A stretch of DNA of 51,435 nucleotides from a virus. Lineage: Duplodnaviria; Caudoviricetes. The translations under genes were made by a program, and so were the position numbers. Positions 27,290 through 36,386 of this stretch are shown piece by piece (position 1 is the stretch's first letter; every line of letters begins with the position of its first letter). The notes beneath the pieces are model-generated. The model searched no databases, had not been told where the DNA came from, and worked only from the letters and a program-made list of their open reading frames with translations. Location: positions 1 through 51,435 of the IMG/VR virus record IMGVR_UViG_3300031949_000055. One strand, written 5' to 3'.

Positions 27290-27317
27290 GAGGGAGGCGG
27301 CAACCGCCGCCTCCCTC
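27290..27317 (+). other. Stable hairpin after the capsid gene
   Basis: GAGGGAGGCGGC-AACC-GCCGCCTCCCTC, 12-bp stem with no T tract. Confidence 0.55.
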
Positions 27318-27339
27318 TGGCGGTCTGAGGGGACCTGGC

Positions 27340-28059
27340 GTGCAGCCACCGGTACTCGTCCTCACAAGTGACCGCTACATCGACGCCCTGCGTCCCTTCG
27401 CTTATCTGCTCAATAAGCACTGGAAGCCGAACCCTCGCGTCATCGTCGGGGGCTTTACCCCGCCGGACTTCCACCTCCCCACCAATTTCACTTTCCACAG
27501 CATCGGACCATTCGACCAGTATCCGGTCGGCAAGTGGAGCAATGCCGCCGGACGCTTTTTCGTGGAGCAGCCGCACGAGGTCTTCGTGCTCATGCTCGAA
27601 GATTACTGGTTGACCCGAGATGTTGACGTCGAAGCGGTGGAGGTCGGCTACGACTACATGCGCCAATTCGAGTACGTGGCCCGCTTCGACCTCACAGGCG
27701 ATAGGCAGTTTGCGGGTGGGGCGAAAGACTATGGGCAGGCGGGGAAGGTGGAACTGGTGTGGAGCGACCCCGAGAGCCAGTACCACATGAGCCTGATGGC
27801 GGGGCTGTGGCGTCGGCAGCACCTTCTGCGGGTGATGCGTGACAACGAGACGCCCTGGGAGATGGAGCTGGAAGGAACGCCCAGGCTGGCGGCCCTCCGA
27901 AAAGAGCTGATTGTGCTCGGCACCAAGGGCTGGCCGGTGCGGCATACACTCGCCTTCCGGGGCGGCGAGCCCGGGAAGCTCCTGCTGGATGAGCTGAGCG
28001 CGCAGGACCTCAAGGGCTTGCGAACCAAGGGCCTGCTGAAAGCATGGGAGGCGACATGA
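27340..28059 (+). CDS. Putative GT-A fold glycosyltransferase
   Basis: VLVLTSDRY, KWSN, LMLEDYWL, SLMAGLWRR and TPWEME motifs. Confidence 0.65.
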   Translation: MQPPVLVLTSDRYIDALRPFAYLLNKHWKPNPRVIVGGFTPPDFHLPTNFTFHSIGPFDQYPVGKWSNAAGRFFVEQPHEVFVLMLEDYWLTRDVDVEAVEVGYDYMRQFEYVARFDLTGDRQFAGGAKDYGQAGKVELVWSDPESQYHMSLMAGLWRRQHLLRVMRDNETPWEMELEGTPRLAALRKELIVLGTKGWPVRHTLAFRGGEPGKLLLDELSAQDLKGLRTKGLLKAWEAT

Positions 28060-28271
28060 CTGTGCCCAACTGGTTCAACCCCACCGGACCCGTGGGGAAA
28101 CAGGTGAAAGTCACGCGGCCCATCTACAGCGATTGCCCGGTCGGCCGGAAGGGTGTCATCTCGAGCGAATACCCGGAGACACAGGGCAAGGGTCAAGCGG
28201 CGCTCGTGCGCGTCCTCTTCGAGGACGGCGTCAATCGCCCATTCCGCCTGGCAGAGCTGGAGTACCTATGA
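28056..28271 (+). CDS. Small SH3/KOW-like hypothetical protein
   Basis: GGAGG SD; ATGA coupling at both ends. Confidence 0.55.
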   Translation: MTVPNWFNPTGPVGKQVKVTRPIYSDCPVGRKGVISSEYPETQGKGQAALVRVLFEDGVNRPFRLAELEYL

Positions 28272-29509
28272 GCGGGAAACTACACCGGCCGGTGCGGCAC
28301 ATCGGCATAGGGACCTTCCGGGCGACACCCAAGACCTGGGAGCTGGTGGCCCAGGTGCTGGAAAGCGGGAAGGTCAGCTACGGGCCCCTGAGCCAGGAGT
28401 TCGAACGGCGCATCGCCGCGCTGCACGGCTGCCGGTATGGCGTGCTGTCGAACAGCGGGACATCGAGCCTGCACGTGGCGCTGCAGGCGCTCAAGGAGCT
28501 ACGGGGCTGGCATGACGGTGACGAAGTCCTCATCCCATCGGTGACATTCGTCGCCACGGCGAACATCGTACTGCACAACCGGATGCGGCCGGTGTTGGCC
28601 GACGTCGACGCTTTCTACGGGATGGACCCGGCGCTGGCGAATCAGGCTGCCGTGCACAGCCACAGGCTGCAGGCCATCATCCCGGTCCACCTGTTCGGCC
28701 AGGCGGCGGACATGGAGGGGCTCAATGCCGTCGCAGAGAAGTGGGGGCTGGCCGTCATCGAGGACGCCTGCGAAGCGATGTTCGCCACGCAGGGCGGCAA
28801 GCCAGTCGGTAGCTTCGGGGCCGTCGGCTGCTTCAGTACCTACAATGCGCATCTCCTCACGACCGGGGTAGGCGGGATGGCGACGACGAGCGACCCGGAC
28901 CTGGCGGTGCGCATGCGGTGCCTGGTCAACCACGGGCTGCACCCGGACGAGCTGAACCTGGATGAGAACTTCAGCCCGAGGCCGACAACGGGCCGGTCGT
29001 TCCGCTTCGCGGGCGTAGGCCATAGCTTCCGCATCACGGAGCTGGAAGCCGCGTTGGGGTTGGCGCAGCTGGACGATTACGAGCAGATGTTGGCCTTACG
29101 ACGACGCAACGCCGCACACCTGCGGGCCCGGCTGGAGTATTCGAACCAGAACTTCGCGGCGGAGCTCGTCCTTCCGCATCCTCGCCCAGATAACAGGCAC
29201 AGCTGGATGATGTTTCCCGTGTTGGCCCGGCGGGGGGAGAAAGGCACGCTGACCGCTTGGTTGAACGGCCGAGAGATTGAAACGCGGGACATGCTGCCGC
29301 TTACGAACCAGCCCGCCTACCAGGAGTGGTTGGTCGAGCGCAATTACCCGATGGCGCAGGCCATCAACGAACGGGGCTTCTACGTCGGCGTCCATCAGGA
29401 CCTGGAGCCGGACGACATCGACTACGTGGCGGACTGCTTCGATGACTACTTCCGGTCGGGGCAGAGGGGTACGGGCTATGCAGGCGTGCCCGTGAGCAAG
29501 TGGGATTGA
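28268..29509 (+). CDS. DegT/DnrJ/EryC1/StrS family PLP enzyme, His-type (ColD/RfbH-like sugar 3-dehydratase candidate)
   Basis: NSGTSSLHVAL, PSVTFVAT, PVHLFG and IEDACEA motifs; FSTYNAHLLTTGVGG has His where aminotransferases have Lys. Confidence 0.85.
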   Translation: MSGKLHRPVRHIGIGTFRATPKTWELVAQVLESGKVSYGPLSQEFERRIAALHGCRYGVLSNSGTSSLHVALQALKELRGWHDGDEVLIPSVTFVATANIVLHNRMRPVLADVDAFYGMDPALANQAAVHSHRLQAIIPVHLFGQAADMEGLNAVAEKWGLAVIEDACEAMFATQGGKPVGSFGAVGCFSTYNAHLLTTGVGGMATTSDPDLAVRMRCLVNHGLHPDELNLDENFSPRPTTGRSFRFAGVGHSFRITELEAALGLAQLDDYEQMLALRRRNAAHLRARLEYSNQNFAAELVLPHPRPDNRHSWMMFPVLARRGEKGTLTAWLNGREIETRDMLPLTNQPAYQEWLVERNYPMAQAINERGFYVGVHQDLEPDDIDYVADCFDDYFRSGQRGTGYAGVPVSKWD

Positions 29510-29528
29510 CGGCCAAAGGAGGGCTGAC

Positions 29529-30152
29529 ATGCGAAAAGCTAGATGGGGAATGGTAGGCCTGGTGATGTTGGCGCTGCTGGTGATGGCGGCGGCCCCGCTG
29601 CTCACGGGGAGCAAGCATGGCGTCTGCCATGTCAATGCTCGCCAAGGCATCTTCGACTACTTCGAGTACATCGAGGTCGGGGAATTGAACGGGCACTTCT
29701 ATGGCGGTAACCCGAACCTGCCGAAGCACGGGGCCTGGGATGGCAACGTGCTGAGATGGGACTTCGTCACGGAGCTGGGGGATGAGGATTGCGACGGGCA
29801 AACCGACGCCACAGCGACTCCGCAGCCGACGGCGACGAACACCCCCGAGCCATCGCCGACCGATACGCTCGAGCCGACAGCTACGGAGACGCCGACTGAG
29901 ACGCTGATCCCGACCGACACCGAGACAGCCACGGCGACGGCGACCGGTACGCTACTGTCTTGCGAAGGCGGAGTGCTCACGGAGACAGATGAAGGGGTGG
30001 TGTGCGTGCCTTTCACCGCCACGGCTACAGGTACGGCGAGTCCGACGCCGAACCAGCTCACCGAGACGCCCGACATCACGACCGGCTGCGACGGGCCCAA
30101 CAGCCCGACCGCCCTGCCGGATGGGACCATCTGCCACAGAGGCAGCGGATGA
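29529..30152 (+). CDS. Secreted/membrane-anchored Pro/Thr-rich protein
   Basis: Signal-peptide-like N-terminus; long TATATPQPTAT...PTETP linkers; paired Cys. Confidence 0.75.
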   Translation: MRKARWGMVGLVMLALLVMAAAPLLTGSKHGVCHVNARQGIFDYFEYIEVGELNGHFYGGNPNLPKHGAWDGNVLRWDFVTELGDEDCDGQTDATATPQPTATNTPEPSPTDTLEPTATETPTETLIPTDTETATATATGTLLSCEGGVLTETDEGVVCVPFTATATGTASPTPNQLTETPDITTGCDGPNSPTALPDGTICHRGSG

Positions 30153-30754
30153 TGGGCCACACGGCGCTGACACTGCAGGCGGCCTTCAAGTACCTCTTCG
30201 TCGAGGAGGTACTGGAGCTGCAGCGTCTGGCGCAGACCCTTGCACCCAATCCGACCGTCATCAACATCGGGGCTGGAGCCGGGACTTCGGGCCTGGCCTT
30301 CTGCGAGAGCAGACCGGACCTGCGGTTGGTGACGGTCGACATCCAGCATCTCTCCTCGCCCTACGGCTGCTTGGTGGGCGAGGAGACGGTGCTGCGGGAC
30401 TCGGGCTACTGGGGAGACCAGGTTGAGCAGATACTCGGGGATAGCAAGAGCATCGGCCAGGAATGGTTGGGCCGGGGCGGTCCGGTGGACATGGTGTTCA
30501 TCGACGGGGACCACAGTTACGAGGGCTGCAAGGGAGACATCGAGGCATGGTTACCGAACCTGAAACCGGGCGGACTCTTGGCGATACACGACTACAACAA
30601 GCACGACGTCTATCAGGGCCGCGAGCTCCCGAACGCCCCGCACCCGATGGAATGGGTGGGGGTGAACCAGGCAGTGGACGAGATAACCCTGGAGCGGGTG
30701 AGCCTGGTGCGGACGCTCGTCACATTCCGAAAGCCGTCCACGCCCGGCTCCTGA
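30149..30754 (+). CDS. Class I SAM methyltransferase (Methyltransf_24-like)
   Basis: INIGAGAGTSG, GDS, DMVFIDGDHSYEG and LKPGG..AIHDY motifs. Confidence 0.85.
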   Translation: MMGHTALTLQAAFKYLFVEEVLELQRLAQTLAPNPTVINIGAGAGTSGLAFCESRPDLRLVTVDIQHLSSPYGCLVGEETVLRDSGYWGDQVEQILGDSKSIGQEWLGRGGPVDMVFIDGDHSYEGCKGDIEAWLPNLKPGGLLAIHDYNKHDVYQGRELPNAPHPMEWVGVNQAVDEITLERVSLVRTLVTFRKPSTPGS

Positions 30755-30807
30755 CCACCCGTAAGCAGCTGCGGCTTCCTACCGGCGAGAAGTATTACCA
30801 GGCCGGG

Positions 30808-31149
30808 ATGGAAGTGAAGTTCGACGACGGAAGTCGCCAGTACAAGTGGCTCAATCGAAAGCACACGACCATGAGCAAGGCGGTGGCCTATGGGACGGCC
30901 GTCATCGACCGCCATAGTCGGCTGCGCATGGTAGAGACCAAGCCGCCGCGGGCCTACTTCCTGGCTTGGAGTGCGCTCGGAAAACTGCGTAACTGGCTCC
31001 CGCCCATCATCACGAAGTGGACCGAGGGCAAGCTGCTCAACGCCGGGGTGAGATACCACAAAGCCAGGGAACGGAAGCGCGAGGAGAGACAGTATCGGCT
31101 GCAAGACGAGGCCAAGGCCAGGAAGGCGAAGGAGATAGCGAAGTCTTGA
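30808..31149 (+). CDS. Basic hypothetical protein (start uncertain)
   Basis: Fills the gap; stop overlaps the TTG start of the next gene. Confidence 0.45.
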   Translation: MEVKFDDGSRQYKWLNRKHTTMSKAVAYGTAVIDRHSRLRMVETKPPRAYFLAWSALGKLRNWLPPIITKWTEGKLLNAGVRYHKARERKREERQYRLQDEAKARKAKEIAKS

Positions 31150-34130
31150 AAGTCCTCATGCGCCCGCACCTCTCGCAATTCGCAGAGCGAGACGAGAGTG
31201 GCATCCGTCGAGTGGTCGAAGCCTACTTCCGGCACCTGCCGGATTTCGGCATTGAGCTGGTTCCTCCGGACACCCGGAGCTACGACCTGCAGGCCGTGCA
31301 TGCCGGCATGGCTCGGGGCGGCGATGTCGCTCATTGCCACGGGCTGTACTGGACGGCGGACTACGATGCGACCGGTTGGGAATGGCGGAGCAATGCGGAT
31401 GTGGTCGCCAGCCTGCGGGAGGCCTATGGGGTCAGTGTGCCCAGCGAGTGGGTTGCGGAGACGCTGCGACGCGACATGCGGGTCAACCCGACGGTCATCG
31501 GCCACGGCGTGGATTGGGAAACGTGGCAGCGGCCCGTCGAGTACCGGGGATGGGTGCTGTGGAACAAGAACCGTGTCGGCGATGTCTGCGACCCGACCCC
31601 CGTCTCTTGGCTGGCGCGGTCTTTCCCAGACCAAGGGTTCCTGTGCACCATCTCACCGGAGAACCCGCCGCCGAACGTGCGCGACTGTGGAGTGCTGCCG
31701 CACGAGGAGATGCGGCGGATAGTGGCGGCCAGCAGCGTCTATCTGGCGACGACCAAGGAGACGTTCGGCATCGGGACCCTGGAGGCGATGGCGGCCGGGG
31801 TACCGGTGTTGGGCTTCGCCCATGGCGGGAACCTGCAACTGGTCCAGCACGGAGTGAATGGATACCTCGCCAGGGCAGGGGACCGGGAGGACCTACAGCG
31901 GGGCTTGGCGTACTGCCTGAGCCATCGGGAGACCTTGGGACGCAACGGGCGGGAGCTCGCCCGAGCCTGGACTTGGGCCCATGCGGCCGAAGCCGTGGCA
32001 CAGCTGTACGAGCGCAGCCTGGCAGCGAAGCAGGAGCCGCCGAGCGTGGCAGTCATCATCCCGAGCTACAAGTACGCCGAGAAGGTCGGCCGGGCCATTG
32101 AAAGCGCCACGCAGCAGGACTGGCCCATGCTGGAGGCCATCGTGGTGGTGGACGACGGAACTCCCGACGACGGGGCGACGGCGCGGCTGGTGGAGTCGTG
32201 GACGGCCCGGGACCCACGGGTGCGCTACCTACGGCAGGAGAATGCCGGAGTGGCCCACGCCCGCAACCACGGCATCGCCAGCGTGGGGACCAAGTACGTC
32301 TGCTGCCTGGATGCGGACGACCGCATCGAGCCGGGGTTCCTGCGAGCGTGCGTGATGGCGCTCGAGGAGGACCGTACCCGGGGGCTGGCTTACACCGGCC
32401 TGCAGTGGGTGAAGCCGGACGGCACGAGCGGCGTGAGCGCATGGCCGGGAGTTTGGGATTACGATGCACAGCTGCGACGGCAGAACCAGGTGCCCACATG
32501 CTGCGTCTTCCGCAGGGAGATGTGGGCCCGCCTGGGCGGGTTCCGCCAGCGGTACGCCCCACGCGGGGCCGGGGCGGAGGATGCCGAGTTCTGGACGCGC
32601 TGCGGGGCTTATGGGTGGAGTGGCTACCAGGCGACGGCGGAACCACTGTTCGTCTACAGCTGGCTCAGTGGTCATGTCACCGGGGCGAAGGACTACCAGG
32701 AGGTCGACTGGCTGCGCTGGCACCCGTGGGTGCAGGACAGCCAGCACCCGATTGCGAGCTTGGCGACACCCAAGCGCATGAGCCACGCCTCCAGGCAGTA
32801 CGACGAGCCGGTGGTGAGCGTGCTCATCCCCGTGGGCCCGGGGCATGAGCGAACCGTCATCGACGCGCTGGACAGCCTCGAGGCGCAGACCTTCCGCAAG
32901 TGGGAGGCCATCGTCGTGATTGATGGAGCCTTCGTCGGGGGGACGCGTGCCCGAGCGGACCAATTCATGAACGACGATTTCGAGCAGCTGCGGAGGGCAT
33001 ACCCCTACGCCCGTTGGCTGGTGATGACCAACGACAAGCATCTCGTCGATGGGAAGTTCCAACCTCGACCGCGGGGGGCGGGAGCGGCCAGAAACTTTGC
33101 CGCGGAGAAGGCCCGGGCCCCGTTCCTGGTGCCCCTGGACGCGGACGACTACCTGCATCCGGATGCCCTCAGTGACATGCTTGGAGCGTGGGCGGAGAGC
33201 GGAGCCATCATCTACAGCGACTACGTGGGGCGGGCCCAGGTGGACGACCCGAAGAAGCTCGCCCCGGCGCTGCAGGAGCGGCTCTACAAGTGGGACCAGG
33301 GTGAAGCCTACATCGGGTACCAGGCGGGCGAGTTCGATGCGGAGCGAGCGCAGCGCCAGCCAGAGGACCCGCCCTACATTTGGGCCAACGTGACCTGCCT
33401 CATTCCGAAAGCCTGGCACGAGGGCATCGGCGGCTTCGATGAAACGATGGCGAGCTGGGAGGACGTCGACTACGCCTGGCGTATGGCGCGGGCCGGGCAT
33501 TGCTATGTGCGCATCGAAAAGGAGCTGATGGTCTACCGATTCAACACCGGTGGTAGGCGAGAAGCCGGTTTACAGGGATGGGCAGGGCTTGTAGAATACC
33601 TGAGAGCGAAGTACCGGGAGACACAATTGGCACCCTGCAATTGCGGAGGCCAGAAGTCAATCCATCCACCCCCGGCAGCTGATTGGGCTGCGATGGGCGC
33701 AGCGGGGGCCAACGGACAAGGAAAGGGGCCGGACATGGCTGATGAGCAGTATGTGATGGCGAAGTACATGCACCCGAATGTGGGCGTGCACGGAGTGAGG
33801 GGCGCAGACACCGGGACCGACTACGGCTATCGCAGTGGGGGCGATACCTTCCTGGTCCATCGGAAAGACGTTGCGGCGCAACCCCATCTTTTCCAGCCGC
33901 TCGAGAGTGCGCCGCAGCTGGACGTCGCCCCACCTCCGCCGCCCGAACCGGTGGAGCTGCCTCCACCCGAGCCGGTGATGTCGGAAACGCAAGCTCACCT
34001 GGAGGCCGTCAGTGAGGCGCTGGCAAGCGGGGCAGTCGTAAGTGAAACCGGCGATGACATTGATTGGGCCAAGACCAAGACGCCAACGGCCAAACGGGCC
34101 GCACGCGCGAGAAAGGTGAAGACGACATGA
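31146..34130 (+). CDS. Multidomain glycosyltransferase GT4-GT2-GT2 with an extra C-terminal domain
   Basis: ETFGIGTLEAMAAGVPV (GT4); VIIPSY..VVDDG..ARNHG..LDADD and VSVLIP..AARN..LDADD (two GT2 domains); TTG start after AAGGAG. Confidence 0.9.
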   Translation: MKVLMRPHLSQFAERDESGIRRVVEAYFRHLPDFGIELVPPDTRSYDLQAVHAGMARGGDVAHCHGLYWTADYDATGWEWRSNADVVASLREAYGVSVPSEWVAETLRRDMRVNPTVIGHGVDWETWQRPVEYRGWVLWNKNRVGDVCDPTPVSWLARSFPDQGFLCTISPENPPPNVRDCGVLPHEEMRRIVAASSVYLATTKETFGIGTLEAMAAGVPVLGFAHGGNLQLVQHGVNGYLARAGDREDLQRGLAYCLSHRETLGRNGRELARAWTWAHAAEAVAQLYERSLAAKQEPPSVAVIIPSYKYAEKVGRAIESATQQDWPMLEAIVVVDDGTPDDGATARLVESWTARDPRVRYLRQENAGVAHARNHGIASVGTKYVCCLDADDRIEPGFLRACVMALEEDRTRGLAYTGLQWVKPDGTSGVSAWPGVWDYDAQLRRQNQVPTCCVFRREMWARLGGFRQRYAPRGAGAEDAEFWTRCGAYGWSGYQATAEPLFVYSWLSGHVTGAKDYQEVDWLRWHPWVQDSQHPIASLATPKRMSHASRQYDEPVVSVLIPVGPGHERTVIDALDSLEAQTFRKWEAIVVIDGAFVGGTRARADQFMNDDFEQLRRAYPYARWLVMTNDKHLVDGKFQPRPRGAGAARNFAAEKARAPFLVPLDADDYLHPDALSDMLGAWAESGAIIYSDYVGRAQVDDPKKLAPALQERLYKWDQGEAYIGYQAGEFDAERAQRQPEDPPYIWANVTCLIPKAWHEGIGGFDETMASWEDVDYAWRMARAGHCYVRIEKELMVYRFNTGGRREAGLQGWAGLVEYLRAKYRETQLAPCNCGGQKSIHPPPAADWAAMGAAGANGQGKGPDMADEQYVMAKYMHPNVGVHGVRGADTGTDYGYRSGGDTFLVHRKDVAAQPHLFQPLESAPQLDVAPPPPPEPVELPPPEPVMSETQAHLEAVSEALASGAVVSETGDDIDWAKTKTPTAKRAARARKVKTT

Positions 34131-34327
34131 CGGAGCCAGAGGGAAAGCCGCCGAAGGCGGTCCACACCGTGCTGGTGGGTGACAGCCTGCGCCTGATTGC
34201 CCTGAAGCATTATGGGCCGGGCGGCCAGGAACACTGGAAAGAGATTTACCAAGCCAACAAGGAAGTCATCGGCGAGAACCCGTATATCATCAGACCGGGC
34301 CAGGAGCTGGTCATCCCCGAGCTGTAA
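34127..34327 (+). CDS. Stand-alone LysM domain protein
   Basis: HTVLVGDSLRLIALKHYG...WKEIYQAN...NPYIIRPGQELVIP. Confidence 0.85.
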   Translation: MTEPEGKPPKAVHTVLVGDSLRLIALKHYGPGGQEHWKEIYQANKEVIGENPYIIRPGQELVIPEL

Positions 34328-34422
34328 GCAGGATGCCCGGCGGGAGGGACGGCGACCCGGGGCCCGCTACAAGAAACGCCGCTTGCGGTCTGACTGACCT
34401 CACGCGACAATACAAGCCAACC

Positions 34423-34477
34423 GCGCCGGACTGACGCGTGGGCCAAGTGGCTCAAGTGTCGTCCGGCGCTTTGCGTT
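34423..34477 (+). terminator. Hairpin plus T-rich tract directly before the RBS of the neck/tail genes
   Basis: GCGCCGGAC at 34423-34431 pairs with GTCCGGCGC at 34461-34469, followed by TTTGCGTT and AGGAGG. Confidence 0.45.
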
Positions 34478-34487
34478 AGGAGGAGAG

Positions 34488-34793
34488 ATGGAATACGTCG
34501 TACTGGCGTTGGCGACATGGCGGATGAGCCGCTTGCTGGTCAGAGAGGAAGGACCCTGGATGGTGTTTGCCCGAATGCGACACGTAGCAGGCATACACTA
34601 CGACGCACGGAGCCAGGTCGTGGCGGAGAGCGAGCTGGCCCGGGTGTTCAACTGCGTCTGGTGCATGAGCGTATGGGTTGCCCTCGGCTGGACGGCAGCG
34701 TACACCTTGGCCCCGTGGACGATTGTGCTGGCACTGCCGCTGGCGCTGAGCGCCGGAGCGGTGTTGCTGGAGGAGGCGACGAGCCTTGGCTAG
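34488..34793 (+). CDS. DUF1360-like membrane protein
   Basis: LALATWRMSRLLV.E.GP...CVWCMSVW motif; hydrophobic. Confidence 0.75.
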   Translation: MEYVVLALATWRMSRLLVREEGPWMVFARMRHVAGIHYDARSQVVAESELARVFNCVWCMSVWVALGWTAAYTLAPWTIVLALPLALSAGAVLLEEATSLG

Positions 34794-36078
34794 GGCGAGT
34801 ATCCCGACCATTCTTTCGCTGGACCGGTTCGCAGCCATCATCGGACTCAACCCGGCGCACTTCAATGGTGCGGCGGGCGGGACCATCATGCCAGCCGCGG
34901 GGAGCTGCGGCCAGGTTTGGTATCAGTACGACTGGCAAGCCGTCGACCGGGTGAGCCGGGAGAGCCTAGCTCGAGCGATTGCGGAGGCTGAGCGGCAGAT
35001 GGCAAGTCAACTGGGATACTGGCCGGGCCCGAAGTACAGCGTGGCCGATGTCTACCGCTACCCCCGCCATCATCGACGGGACGTGCTCGGCAACGGGCTC
35101 AATGTGGGCGGGCACCCGAAATCCGTCCGCCTCAAGCGCGGGAAGTTCATTCAGGCCGGGCAGCGGGCGTCGACACTGGTGGTAGCTGGGACGGCAGTCA
35201 CCTATTCGAGCCCGGACGGCGACAGCTACAACGAGCTGGCGACCATCACCGTCGCCCTGCCGGCGGGGGTCACGGACCCTTGTGAGGTGAAGGTCTATTT
35301 CGCCGGGAAAGGCGGAGCGCCCGCTTGGGAAGTGAGGCCGCCAATAAGCAAGGCGGTCATCGGTGCGAATGTGGTCGCAACGTTCTACGCTTGGCAGCTG
35401 ATTGACCCCGACCTGTGGGGTAGGTTCCCGAACACCGACGGGCTGCAGGCCATCGACCTGAACGCGGCCGCGGTGTACGAGACAACGGTCGACGTCTACC
35501 GAGAGTTCACGGATTTCTCCGAGGTCAGCGCGAAGCTCTATTGGGAGCCGCAGGCTTCCAGCTTCATCAACGGGATTTGCTCGCAGTGTGGCGGCGACGG
35601 ATGCGAGGTGTGCACTCTGACTGTGCAGGATGGCTGCATCCACGTTCGGGAAGTGCTCGGAGGATGGGTCGTCCCGACGGCGGGAAGCTATGACACCGAC
35701 ACGGGTCTCTGGACCCAGGAGCCCTGGACGCTTTGCCGGGAGCCGGACTTGGTCAAGCTCTTTTACCTGAGCGGCGACCAGAGCGACGAATACCTGAATG
35801 GCGAGACGTGCGAGGCGATGCCGGAGGAGTGGGCCCGGCTGGTGGCGATGCTGGCGGTCTGCAAACTCGAGCGTCCGCTCTGCAGCTGCAAGCAGGTCCA
35901 GACGCTGGTGGCCGAGTGGCGCACGGACATAGCCCGGGCGACCGCAGACGCTGACAGTTACGGCTACACGGACGAGATTCTGCGCAACCCCTTTGGCACG
36001 AGGAAGGGCGAGGTACAGGCCTGGAAAGCGGTATTCGGGACGGCCGAGCGGCGGGTAAAGGGCGGAGCCGTCGGATGA
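34786..36078 (+). CDS. Putative head-tail adaptor/connector protein (Cys-rich)
   Basis: Position; AIAEAERQMASQLGY and NPFGT segments; TTG start after GGAGG. Confidence 0.55.
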   Translation: MARASIPTILSLDRFAAIIGLNPAHFNGAAGGTIMPAAGSCGQVWYQYDWQAVDRVSRESLARAIAEAERQMASQLGYWPGPKYSVADVYRYPRHHRRDVLGNGLNVGGHPKSVRLKRGKFIQAGQRASTLVVAGTAVTYSSPDGDSYNELATITVALPAGVTDPCEVKVYFAGKGGAPAWEVRPPISKAVIGANVVATFYAWQLIDPDLWGRFPNTDGLQAIDLNAAAVYETTVDVYREFTDFSEVSAKLYWEPQASSFINGICSQCGGDGCEVCTLTVQDGCIHVREVLGGWVVPTAGSYDTDTGLWTQEPWTLCREPDLVKLFYLSGDQSDEYLNGETCEAMPEEWARLVAMLAVCKLERPLCSCKQVQTLVAEWRTDIARATADADSYGYTDEILRNPFGTRKGEVQAWKAVFGTAERRVKGGAVG

Positions 36079-36386
36079 AGCTGGTCGTATGGACGGACCG
36101 GGCGGGCTACAAGCGTGCAGCCATGCTGCGCGACGGAGACCCGGAGAGCATGGCGGAGCACGGGCTACCCCTGTCTCCGCCGGACCTCAATGAGGTCGAT
36201 TGGGAGGAAGTCAAGCGGGAGCTCCACAACCAGCTCGTCGACCAGCGATTGTTCACTTGGCAGGATGTGCAGCGGGAGCAGCGGGCCGTGACAGCCGCGG
36301 TGATGAGCTGCCTGCACCGGAAGGTCATCCAGCTCTACCGAGCGAAGGACGTAGCGGCCAAGGCCGCAGGAGAAAACCATGAGTGA
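36075..36386 (+). CDS. Hypothetical virion-region protein
   Basis: Coupled at both ends. Confidence 0.65.
   Translation: MKLVVWTDRAGYKRAAMLRDGDPESMAEHGLPLSPPDLNEVDWEEVKRELHNQLVDQRLFTWQDVQREQRAVTAAVMSCLHRKVIQLYRAKDVAAKAAGENHE

Noticed and set aside
27290-27317. Intrinsic terminator after the capsid gene
   Set aside because: Strong stem but no T tract; kept only as a hairpin, and read-through into the glycan island is plausible
25978-27945. Long minus-strand ORFs (e.g. 25978..27945, 38631..40832, 36325..37944, 12426..13976)
   Set aside because: Antisense shadows of GC-rich + strand genes; no motifs or SD, and fully overlapping clearly real genes
29800-30080. Apparent DNA tandem repeats (CCGAC/GCGAC-rich)
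   Set aside because: Explained by Pro/Thr/Ala codons of a low-complexity linker
31017-31145. ORF-track N-terminal extensions (31017, 28133, 30002, 42906, 48399, 49630, 8558, 136, 504)
   Set aside because: Downstream starts with an SD or stop-start coupling fit better; the extensions overlap upstream genes
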